Positions 55,218 to 64,000 of a stretch of DNA of 64,000 nucleotides are shown here, one piece after another. A program made the translations under genes and the position numbers. Numbering within the stretch: position 1 is the first letter of the stretch; every line of letters starts with the position of its first letter. The stretch is from Tortispora ganteri. Taxonomy: Eukaryota. Below the pieces are notes generated by a model. That model saw only the letters and a program-made list of their open reading frames with translations, had not been told where the DNA came from and searched no databases. The DNA lies in contig PPNB01000030.1 in NCBI GenBank assembly GCA_003707115.1, positions 1-64,000 of the forward strand, read 5' to 3'.

Positions 55218-56327
55218 TTATTCCTCTTCGTCAATGCGAGTTTTCGAAAGGCTTTTCGAGAGAGCCTTCATAGTGCTTTTGTGTTTGGACCGCCCTCTTT
55301 GACTGGCTGACCTGTCAGGTCTTTTTTGGTCCCATGCGTTTATATGGCTGGTGTATACTAGGTTCGCCCCTTCAGGAAGCGTATCTGCAGGCGGAGGTCC
55401 GAGTGCTGGATTCCAGTTAGCGCTAGTCCTGATCGTCTCTGCCTTGACAGGGACATCCGAGAGCTTTTCAAGGGATTGACTGGAATCTTTGAATGACGCA
55501 GTTTCGCTGGCTAGCGGCACTGAGTAGCCCGGAAGCTGAGCGAACGCGCGGATCTGCGCAAACCGTGACCACCATTTGTCGAAATATGGAGCAAGTAGAT
55601 CATTGGGGGCTGTAGACGTCCAGGGCTTGTTTGTACCTATAAAGTGAATGCAGGCTATTTGGTCGCGGAAATACAGAAAAGCCGGTCGGTACTGGTACGC
55701 ACCCGAGAAGGCCACATTATAGATAAACGGTATATGCAACCAGTTATTTTCAAAGAACACATTCAACAGACCTTGATCTGCGCCATCAATTAGTTCCAGT
55801 TTAGTTTCGTAAGTGTCAATGAGTGCTTTATATGTAGCTTTGCACGGTTTGAGCACCATCACACCAGAATTGAACATATCCGGCCACCCTATATCCGGAC
55901 AAGCGCCGATGACTGTTTCTGAGACTTCAAAGTCAAAAAGGGAGCGCATTGATTTGACAGGTAAAGTGTCTGCATCCAGGTAAACGATCTTGCTATACTG
56001 TTCTTGGTCCCACAAATGCAGTTTAGTAAGTGTATCTTTGAGATCAGGCCGTTCCAATACCGCCTCATAAGTATTACCGTGACATTCTAGTAAACCAATT
56101 TCAATAACCTCATCAAATACACGATTCAATGACGGTAAAACTCCATCAGAAACGTCTGCTGTCACAAGCACACACACACAAACATCAGGATCAAAGTCCT
56201 TCAACGAAGCGGCAAGTGTGACAGCACCTAACATGTTAGCGTACCCTAAAATACACAAAATCATTATCTACCTACCTACAGCATAACTGTCGCTCGTTAG
56301 GAGCGTGAAGAATGCATTTTTCCCCAT
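55218..56327 (-). CDS. GLG1: Glycogenin (GT8), two exons: complement(join(55218..56227,56276..56327))
   Basis: Exon 1 MGKNAFFTLLTSDSYAVG restores the canonical N-terminus. RPDL..TLTKL, YLDAD, PDIGWPDMFNSG, DGADQGLLN, YQY.PAF and HFIG..KPW. Confidence 0.92.
56228..56275 (-). other. Glycogenin intron (48 nt, phase 1)
   Basis: GTAGGT donor, CGCTAAC branch, TAG acceptor. Confidence 0.88.
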
Positions 56328-56518
56328 TGTTATTGAGGAGTTTTCCTAATCTTTGATCGTACAGGAATAAGCGTTGAGGCTGAGATCTCTGTTAGCTGGG
56401 AGTTTACCGCATTTTAGCCAATCAGAAGGTGGGCGCGCTCCACTTTCAATACGCCCACCTTGCACTCCACACACATACAACACATATTCACACGCACACA
56501 CACCTAAATTGCCATATT

Positions 56519-58237
56519 ATGGTTCTTGGACGAATAGACCAGCTGGCCGGCTACATGCAGAATACTGCTGTTGCGCAAGCTCTAGGTAATGCAGCAATAG
56601 TAGTAGTATCTTACTCAAGTTCATACTTCATGCTCAGCTGTCTCGCTACCTCTATCCTTCTCAACCGCATACCGCCGTTCGCAACAGCGCGCCGGCCAGA
56701 TCTCATGTCCTTCCCACTCCGCGCTATCCTGCTGATCCCCGCAATTCTACTCTCCGTCGATTGTGCGCTTACAGTCTGGTCACTAATAACAGACACACCC
56801 TCCTATGCGCTCTTCCTTGCAGACCCCAAAACCGCCCCCAACGATTTCTTACCGGTATTCTACAACGTCGTCTGCTATGCCCACACGGTCTCTGTGCTTG
56901 TCTCTTGTCTTCAGGTAACAAGCATAAGAATTCCTTCGTCGTTGTCTTTGTTTGAAATGTCTTTTGCACTTCATGAATTTTATGCCCGTAACGTCGTCTC
57001 AGGCCCGCTTTTCATGGTCTGCGGTATCACCGCTCTCTCGCACGCCATTTACCTTTTCATGGGCCTCTTCAAAATACAGCGCTATCTCCTCTACCCATCT
57101 ACACTGTTTTCTCTTGCTGAGCTTGCCTACTTCTCCTATCTTTTACTCACAAACCAGTGGCTTATGTTGCCCTTCACTATCATTTCTGCCTACCCCGCGC
57201 CGCTCCTGCTCTCCCTGAACGTCGCACTCTGTCTACTAGTCTCTCGCGTTGCTGCGTTGTTCGTCGGTGGTGGCGAAAACTTGCGTCTCATAGTTCCTGC
57301 TATCGATATCTATTCCGATGAGGATTTCTATGCGTCACTCGTCCGTATCGTCGGCCTCCTGGTAAATAAGATCACATCCTCGGGCTATAGCACTGAAGCT
57401 CTCGACCTTAAACGGCCAGGTTTGTCTCTAAACAGCGCGCAATCTGGTTACTCTAAACAATCTCCTGGCAGTTTCGAGGCCATGAACGCCCCGCTGCCGC
57501 GCACAGCTCCGTTCCTATTCACTACTCGATTATACAACGCTCTCCGCCTGCTCGCTATATTCCCTCTAGTCATCCGCGATATCGCACTCAACAACACGCA
57601 CCGCGAACAACTGCGTGACGACTGCGATGATCCAGATGAGTACTTGGAAACCGCCTTGCTGCTTCAGGAAGACCTACCGGAGTTTGACCCATCCGAGGAC
57701 TTCACGGCGGCTTCAGTTATCGATTCCGACAGCGAAGAGTTCAGCGACCAAGAATCAGAGTTTGCAGTTACAGACATGTCTGACTCGGAGCATCAGTTGG
57801 ACTTCGAACCTGCGGCTGACGAACAGGCGGGTGTATTGAACCTGATAGAAGCGGATGCGGGCGTTGCTAGCATATTGCGGCAGTTGCTATCTCCAGTGAC
57901 TGACGAGGAGAAGGATTTCGTACAGGTGCTGAAATCACATCTCAGAGCCGATAGAATAGTTACAAGGAATGGGTACCGACGGAGTTTGGGCGAAATGAAT
58001 ATGGGGAATTTTATTAAAAGACGGCAATCAGAGACCTGTGAGCCAGAACTCAAAGAGATTGCCGACCGCAGCTTATGCATTGTATGTCAAAGCGCGCCGC
58101 GCGATGTTGTTTTATGGCCATGCAGGTGTTTTGCTATCTGTGATGACTGCCGGAACGTGCTCGCAGCACAAGGATTCACGGGGTGTGTGGCTTGCAGGAA
58201 ACCCGTGGCATCGTATTCTAGACTATATTTACCATAA
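56519..58237 (+). CDS. Multi-pass membrane RING E3 ubiquitin ligase, Asi1/Asi3-like
   Basis: Several TM helices, ILLNRI and LFEMSFA blocks, acidic linker, and C-terminal CIVCQSAPRDVVLWPCRCFAICDDCR...CVACR. ATG at 56519. Confidence 0.78.
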   Translation: MVLGRIDQLAGYMQNTAVAQALGNAAIVVVSYSSSYFMLSCLATSILLNRIPPFATARRPDLMSFPLRAILLIPAILLSVDCALTVWSLITDTPSYALFLADPKTAPNDFLPVFYNVVCYAHTVSVLVSCLQVTSIRIPSSLSLFEMSFALHEFYARNVVSGPLFMVCGITALSHAIYLFMGLFKIQRYLLYPSTLFSLAELAYFSYLLLTNQWLMLPFTIISAYPAPLLLSLNVALCLLVSRVAALFVGGGENLRLIVPAIDIYSDEDFYASLVRIVGLLVNKITSSGYSTEALDLKRPGLSLNSAQSGYSKQSPGSFEAMNAPLPRTAPFLFTTRLYNALRLLAIFPLVIRDIALNNTHREQLRDDCDDPDEYLETALLLQEDLPEFDPSEDFTAASVIDSDSEEFSDQESEFAVTDMSDSEHQLDFEPAADEQAGVLNLIEADAGVASILRQLLSPVTDEEKDFVQVLKSHLRADRIVTRNGYRRSLGEMNMGNFIKRRQSETCEPELKEIADRSLCIVCQSAPRDVVLWPCRCFAICDDCRNVLAAQGFTGCVACRKPVASYSRLYLP

Positions 58238-58271
58238 CTATAAAAACATTATGCATATCATCGCTAAAATA

Positions 58272-59024
58272 TTATTGAAGCCAAGGAAGGGTGCCGTTGG
58301 AGATAATATGGTCTATATCGACATGTTCTAGTGACTCAAAACGATAGTCTGTAGGGTTAAGCAATCCGTCGCGCAAGTCATCTTCAAGGACTGCATAGAC
58401 GCGCGGATCAGGTACCCATGCGACGTGACATCCTGCAGCCTGGCCAGCTCGAACACCGGGAACACCATCTTCAAACACTAGACATTCATTAGGTTTGATA
58501 GGATCGAGACCGCGTGCAGTACGTTCTTCGTTCAGTGAAGCTAGCGCAAGCAGATATATATCGGGCGCCGGCTTTCCACGGCCATCGGGGATACGTTCAT
58601 CATCGCCAACAACAACATGAGGTCCAAAAAGTTCAAATGTAGGTCGAATATGGCTTGTCTTGCGATCGTAGTTCAGTTTATGCGAAGATGTAGCTAAAGC
58701 GATAGGCATCTTGGCTTCATGCAACGCATGGATAATCTCTTTAGCACCAGGCATAAAATTTACTTCATGCCATAATTCCTTTTGACGACCAACTGTCGCC
58801 TCATACAGTTCTTCAGGAGTATAAGGAATCTGCGCCCATTCAAGGAACGTAGCTGCAGCGCGCGGACCAGGCAAACCTTGCAACTTTGCCTTGACCTCAA
58901 ATGGCATCGGCGGTCTGCCATGTTTAGCTAATAATTCATTAGATACACGCGTATAAACCTCTTCGGAGTCTATTAAAAGTCCATCCATGTCAAAAAGACA
59001 TGCTTTTATTGTTGGTTGCGACAT
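58272..59024 (-). CDS. HAD-family phosphatase (pseudouridine-5'-phosphatase/GS1-like)
   Basis: FDMDGLLIDSE, ATSS, GKPAPDIY and VFEDGVPG. ATG at 59024. Confidence 0.9.
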   Translation of the reverse strand: MSQPTIKACLFDMDGLLIDSEEVYTRVSNELLAKHGRPPMPFEVKAKLQGLPGPRAAATFLEWAQIPYTPEELYEATVGRQKELWHEVNFMPGAKEIIHALHEAKMPIALATSSHKLNYDRKTSHIRPTFELFGPHVVVGDDERIPDGRGKPAPDIYLLALASLNEERTARGLDPIKPNECLVFEDGVPGVRAGQAAGCHVAWVPDPRVYAVLEDDLRDGLLNPTDYRFESLEHVDIDHIISNGTLPWLQ

Positions 59025-59096
59025 TTTAGTTAAACAGTTCTCTGAAGTCAAATTCCCTTGCCTTTGCCCCCACCTCTTACTTTGTGTTCCACTAAA

Positions 59097-59906
59097 ATGG
59101 CGCACAATTGTGACGCGCCTATTAGTTCAACTAATTTGGCTATATCTATCGCATTACTGTACGGTTTAGTATTCTCGTATGGTCTTCAGCATATCAATAT
59201 TATACACAGAAGAACCTCCGAAGGCATATCACCCTTATTTATGCTGCTAGGCACAGCTTCAGCTACATGCACGTTCCTCAATATGACTTATTTCTCCCGC
59301 AACACAGTCCAATGTTGCTTCGAAGTGCCCTTTTTCCAATGCTTTGCACAGTCTCTCGGTCTTATACAAATCGCTGTCGCTTTCATCTGCTTCTGGCTCA
59401 TCCTCTTCCTTGGATCGCTCTACGCCGAAAGATCAACAAAGCGCGTCCTTTACCCAGCTATAGCAGTCGCTCATTTCTTCGTCATGTTCATTCCCTTTTT
59501 GTTTGACACTAGTTGGTGCAAGTACTGGGCTCATCTCAGCGGAATACAGTCTACCATCCTCTCCGCAATACAATACCTGCCGCAGATATACACCACCTAC
59601 AAGCTAAAACATCCAGGGTCTCTAAGTATACCTATGATGTGCATGCAAACCCCTGGTGGGTTTGTATGGGCCGCATCTCTCGCAATGCGTCAAGACACGA
59701 CCTGGAGCACTTATATGCCTTACTTAGCTGCCGCTGTCCTTCAGGGATCAATCCTCATTATGTGCATCTACTACACTCACGGTTCCGGCTCAGAAAACAG
59801 CACCAATTCTAGCGCATCTTCAATCCTTTCTCAACAAAGTTCATCAAATCGTTATCATAATCCTTCTTTCTATGACTCAGTCTCCATTTCAACTCGTTCT
59901 GGTTAG
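59097..59906 (+). CDS. PQ-loop repeat membrane protein (putative vacuolar transporter)
   Basis: RRTSEGISPLF first repeat (LQ in place of PQ), QYLPQIY...GSLSIPMMCMQTPGG second repeat, about 7 TMs. ATG at 59097. Confidence 0.85.
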   Translation: MAHNCDAPISSTNLAISIALLYGLVFSYGLQHINIIHRRTSEGISPLFMLLGTASATCTFLNMTYFSRNTVQCCFEVPFFQCFAQSLGLIQIAVAFICFWLILFLGSLYAERSTKRVLYPAIAVAHFFVMFIPFLFDTSWCKYWAHLSGIQSTILSAIQYLPQIYTTYKLKHPGSLSIPMMCMQTPGGFVWAASLAMRQDTTWSTYMPYLAAAVLQGSILIMCIYYTHGSGSENSTNSSASSILSQQSSSNRYHNPSFYDSVSISTRSG

Positions 59907-61618
59907 TTCAGATCACCGGCATTTGGGTACCGTCTTCTGAACTCGTTCATCCATTCTTCTGACCCTAATTCAATCTCGTCGATACCAACAGTCACCTCTT
60001 TAAGGTCTTTTATTTCGCCTTTGTTGCCGTTACCTTTGATTACTTTATCAGATCTCAGGTGTTTCGGCTTTGGAGGCAGTTGTGGACGATGTTTCCCGTT
60101 CGAATTCAGAGCAAGATCGATTAGTTTCCCTTCTTTTAATGTTGCAGCACTTTCCGTGCCTGGCTTTGTATCTTTGGCCACTGAAACACTGCTGACGACA
60201 TCCGGCTGCTTTTCTTCCAATATGGATTTGCTAACTCTTTTATTATTGGCTTCAAATTTTGGCGAAACACTGTCCAGTACAGAATATTTATCCTTCATAT
60301 TATGACTGTTTTGCGGATAATCACGAACATTCTCTGATGAATGGTGCTTCTTTTCGAGTGGTTTCTCATGATCCTTCTTGATGGTTGCTTCCTGTAAATT
60401 CTCTCGAACAACTTTCGATTCAGAATCACCCCACAATTTTATGCGATCCTTCACAGGCAAACTACCTTTTGCAGAACTGTTGGACTCTTCTTTGACAGTA
60501 ATAGGCGTAGCAGAGTCTGCTTCCCTGGTAAGTTGAGAACGCTGTACTTCCTGCTGCCGTTCTGGAGAGGCGCTTTGCGTTGTCCGCGAGCGAAACGATC
60601 CTTGTGAGTTGAGATCTTTCTTGCTGTTAGACGGAGTAGCTGACTGAGAACGAGAACTGATTGCAGGGCCGGTCTTGACTGCTGCAATAGGTTTCATGCT
60701 TCTATAATAGGTCATTGGCTCGATTATGCCGCGAAATAAGCATATATCTTTCAGTACCTGGACAGCAGTAGGACGCATATTGGGGTCCTTACTGAGCATT
60801 TGTTTGATGAGCTTTTTCAGCCGGCCACTGTAGCTCGGGTAGCTGGGGAATTGGAGTTTACCGTGAAGAATGTCCGAGTTCCCGCCTGGCTCAAAGGGCG
60901 TAGTGTAATAGCAAAGCTTGTACAGCAGTATTCCTAAAGCCCATATATCGGAACGCTCGTCAATGGCATAACCTTTATATAGATCCACCATTTCTGGAGA
61001 CCTGTATTGTGGCGTAGTGTGTAAGCGGATATCGAGTTCAAGATCTTCGTAGCCCTTGGCGGTGTCTGGGGACGGTATAGGCGAAGAAGCTGAACCGAAA
61101 TCGCAGACTTTGAATCTGAAATCGGAAGATATAAGAACATTCTCTATTTTGAGGTCACGATGCACAATCGCAGGTGATAGCTGATGCATATGTGCTACGG
61201 CTTCAGTCACGTGACATATAATTCGTAGGATTTCTGGTTCTTGAAGGCGTTCCTGGAGTCTGGTGTTCATGAAGTCAATAAGACCGCCGCGTTCGCAGTA
61301 TTCCATGAGCAAGAACACTTCGTAACCGCCAGTAGGTATATGCGAGGCATGAGAATCGATGTATGATACGATGTTTTTGTGGCCTTTGAGTCTGCGCATG
61401 CTGTCGACCTCGATTTTCAGGTACGCCAGTTCCTGTTTATTTGCCACCTCGACCCTTTTCAGCACGGCCTTATTAGAGGTGTTATTGACAAATACAGAGA
61501 ATACTTGAGCATATCCGCCTTGTGACAGGTATTTTTCAATTACTACATGGTGAGAACCGACTGCGACGACGGTCCCAGGAGCCAGCGACGGTGCGCGTGA
61601 CGCTGAAGGAGTAGCCAT
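59903..61618 (-). CDS. PRK1: NAK-family actin-regulating Ser/Thr kinase (Ark1/Prk1)
   Basis: YLSQGGYAQV, LLMEYCERGGLIDFMNTRL, HRDLKIEN, TTPQYRSPEM, and C-terminal PQLPPKPKHL polyproline motif. Confidence 0.88.
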   Translation of the reverse strand: MATPSASRAPSLAPGTVVAVGSHHVVIEKYLSQGGYAQVFSVFVNNTSNKAVLKRVEVANKQELAYLKIEVDSMRRLKGHKNIVSYIDSHASHIPTGGYEVFLLMEYCERGGLIDFMNTRLQERLQEPEILRIICHVTEAVAHMHQLSPAIVHRDLKIENVLISSDFRFKVCDFGSASSPIPSPDTAKGYEDLELDIRLHTTPQYRSPEMVDLYKGYAIDERSDIWALGILLYKLCYYTTPFEPGGNSDILHGKLQFPSYPSYSGRLKKLIKQMLSKDPNMRPTAVQVLKDICLFRGIIEPMTYYRSMKPIAAVKTGPAISSRSQSATPSNSKKDLNSQGSFRSRTTQSASPERQQEVQRSQLTREADSATPITVKEESNSSAKGSLPVKDRIKLWGDSESKVVRENLQEATIKKDHEKPLEKKHHSSENVRDYPQNSHNMKDKYSVLDSVSPKFEANNKRVSKSILEEKQPDVVSSVSVAKDTKPGTESAATLKEGKLIDLALNSNGKHRPQLPPKPKHLRSDKVIKGNGNKGEIKDLKEVTVGIDEIELGSEEWMNEFRRRYPNAGDLN

Positions 61619-61827
61619 TCAACAACCTTTTTTTTTTCGTGGCAATGCAAATATATATTTTATAAAGAAATAGAACCGAGTTGCTAAAATCGGCCAGGTT
61701 CAGTGCCCAGTGCAGGACCGGGCTCGTGCAAGTTATTTGTACAGGTAAGTGCAAGAAGGTGAGTTGGGGGTGGTTGCGCAGGGAGAAACTCTATTATCGA
61801 TGGAAAAAAGAAAAGCAAGCCAGATTT

Positions 61828-62949
61828 TCAGGAACTTAATGTCTCGGTATCTTCAACTGCTGGTTCAATAATTCCTGGTTGGCTGACAAGTGTATGTTCA
61901 GCTTCAGCATAGTCTTCCATGAACGCAGACCACATGACGTTCTTGGGCTTAAACGGCCAATCTTCGTATGCGCGATGCAAACGTGCGAGCTGTTCGGCTG
62001 TCAGATCGACAGGTCGCGTCGTCTCATAGTCCACTTCATATTTTAGTACAGGGTATAGCGGTTCTAGTGCGCCAGGCGATAAACCACGCAAACATTTGAT
62101 CAGTGGTGTTGCTCTCGTCGCAAACAGATTGCGTACAAACAAGTGGTAAGAATACCACTCAGAAGCTTTCACAAGCGTGTTCTCTTTAGGTTCAACAGCG
62201 ATCAACACAGCACCATTTTTCTTCGGATAAAAAACATCTCCGAAATCCATCTCACTTACTTCAACAGGATCGCTGTCGCCGTAGTCGCAATCCTTTCGCA
62301 ATGGCTCTGTTACCAGTACGGGTTTGATATCGGCGACAGTGTACGCTATAGCCGAAATTCGCGTCCTTTTAGTCGACCCAGGTGTCGAAAACAGAAGTTT
62401 GGCTTCCCGAGGCGTGATCATTATAAACATCTTGACCCTTCCGAACTGGAATATCCAGTTCTTATAGCCAATGCAATTAATGTACTGAGACAACAGCTGT
62501 GTGCCGCCCGATCCAGTCAAATTAGCTACAAACAGCATTTCCTTGTTATATTCAGGTCCAAACGGCATCTTCTGCAGCTGCATACCTTCTTCTGTCCATA
62601 GCTGATCAAATGTCGACCATTTATACGGATCAAGAGGTCGCAGGTCGTACGAAGACGGATCCTGTGGTACTACCATTTCCTGCAGTACCTTATACACTTG
62701 TGGATATATGTCCAGTAGCACATGTTTCCGTGGCCGCAGCATGTCATGTACAGCCTGCGATACGTAACCGTAGCTTGGGTACGCATCAAGCACTATAGTG
62801 TCGCGACCATACCCATTCAGCACGCCGGACCTCTCGAGCGCCCGAACTACCAGATCAGAGTCAGTAATGTTAATACGCGTATATGCAGATAGATGACTGC
62901 GTTTCAGTACATTACTCAGTTCATTGAATCGCGGTAGTCTCGCGCTCAT
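61828..62949 (-). CDS. MTF1: Mitochondrial transcription factor (rRNA methyltransferase fold)
   Basis: LDAYPSYG, PRKHVLL, DPYKWSTF, LFVANLT, NWIFQFGRVKM and WPFKP. Confidence 0.85.
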   Translation of the reverse strand: MSARLPRFNELSNVLKRSHLSAYTRINITDSDLVVRALERSGVLNGYGRDTIVLDAYPSYGYVSQAVHDMLRPRKHVLLDIYPQVYKVLQEMVVPQDPSSYDLRPLDPYKWSTFDQLWTEEGMQLQKMPFGPEYNKEMLFVANLTGSGGTQLLSQYINCIGYKNWIFQFGRVKMFIMITPREAKLLFSTPGSTKRTRISAIAYTVADIKPVLVTEPLRKDCDYGDSDPVEVSEMDFGDVFYPKKNGAVLIAVEPKENTLVKASEWYSYHLFVRNLFATRATPLIKCLRGLSPGALEPLYPVLKYEVDYETTRPVDLTAEQLARLHRAYEDWPFKPKNVMWSAFMEDYAEAEHTLVSQPGIIEPAVEDTETLSS

Positions 62950-63590
62950 GCCCCTTGTTCTGCCTTTTTCCTAGAAGTAGGATCAATAAGTAAGGGAAGA
63001 AAAATATTATAATAGAGCTTGGTCCCCGGTGAAAACGTTAATTGACCTAAAGCTTAAGTCCTTTTTGGGAGGAACCGTCTAGGTAGGGTAAGTTACAGGC
63101 TTGAGCATTGGTGATCGACCGAGCCGGCCGCAGCCGCCCATCCGGAGCATCCATAGAGTTCTTCATCTGCGCTCATACGCCATTATTTCTTTATTATTAA
63201 ACCCACTTATGCATTGAAATATTACTCAGTTTGCCTATTTTGGTCATTTTTTAAGCACTGCCGGCGACCAGCGCTGCGTGGTTTCTGTGTTCCGTTAGAT
63301 GCGGAAGAAGCTCGGCTGCACGTCCATAAAAGGAGGTAATTAAAGTTTTTTAAAGCAGGTGCCGGAATCTGGGGTATGCAAGGCATGTGAATGCATAGTA
63401 ATGAGTATACTGAGTCTAAAGCTACTCGCAGCACAAAAGTACGCCACTCACCGTATATATACAAATATGTGCAATCATTTAGCTCTTTGTAAACATTAGT
63501 TGACATTATAAGCCGGCACAAAACCGTTTGCCGTTCAATTGCCATGCTTCGGCTTTGTCGGTAATTAAACTCGGTAACTAATCATTGTGA

Positions 63591-63777
63591 CCAATTAAAG
63601 AACTTTTTATTGGATAATCTACATAGCAACCATCATCCAACCATTGCAGCTGGATTAATATATATACAACCCAACTGCCATTTATAATAAGATCTTCTAC
63701 TTGGAAAGTCCTCCAACGCAGCACTTTTATTTTCCTCGTTTATTCTATCGCCTTTTTGTCATTAGAACATTGATTGG
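63591..63777. promoter_or_regulatory. CCAAT boxes upstream of the probable aconitase
   Basis: CCAAT at 63591, ATTGG at 63609 and 63773. Consistent with HAP-complex control of TCA genes. Confidence 0.35.
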
Positions 63778-63895
63778 TTTGATATTCTCCTGTACGTCAT
63801 CCTATTGAAGTTTTAATTATCCTTAATTGCGATTTTTTTTCCTTCTTTACTCGACTTTAATTTCTAAACGACTAAGAGAAAAGAATTTCTAGAAA

Positions 63896-64000
63896 ATGCT
63901 TTCCGCTAGAATTCAACGCCCAGTAGTCCAAGCCGCTCGTAAGGGCGTCCGCGCTCTTGCCAGCGTTTCAGACGATCCGCGTGCCGCTAAGGTCCACATG
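63896..64000 (+). CDS. ACO1: N-terminus of a mitochondrial protein, probably aconitase (3'-truncated by the window edge)
   Basis: Open frame MLSARIQRPVVQAARKGVRALASVSDDPRAAKVHM with AAAATG context. The Arg-rich presequence resembles the MLSAR...RGLATVS...KV start of fungal aconitase. Confidence 0.65.
   Translation, partial: MLSARIQRPVVQAARKGVRALASVSDDPRAAKVHM

Noticed and set aside
56169..56504. CA-rich tracts either side of the glycogenin/Asi-like divergent promoter
   Set aside because: Short and imperfect. One simply encodes VCVCV and the other is low-complexity 5' UTR; the His/Thr-rich ORF extension it produces starts at GTG.

Overview
Gene-dense, intron-poor fungal chromosome segment, most consistent with an early-diverging budding yeast (Saccharomycotina). 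This is an inference from gene content (SSY1, an ASI-like ligase and MTF1 alongside CreA-like, UapC-like and CDO genes) and from GTAAGT/(T)ACTAAC/YAG introns. The standard genetic code fits, since CTG occupies conserved Leu positions in OLE1. About 31 protein-coding genes and one tRNA-Thr(AGT) are supported. The ORF track misses three spliced gene models that can be rebuilt in phase (VMA7, a three-exon SCH9, glycogenin) and the start of a probable ACO1 at the right edge. No intact mobile element or CRISPR array is visible. The most interesting unexplained signal is the ~2 kb gene-free interval between a CENP-B-type HTH gene and RBG1 (45.0-46.97 kb). It contains nested helices whose G-U pairs mostly favour a + strand RNA, making it a candidate long structured ncRNA (telomerase RNA is one unproven option). 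Other oddities are a head-to-head gene pair only 72 bp apart with mirror-image start contexts, overlapping stop codons, and a CCAAT/TAAGCGAAAC motif array in a second gene-free interval. All gene names come from recognised motifs, not database searches.
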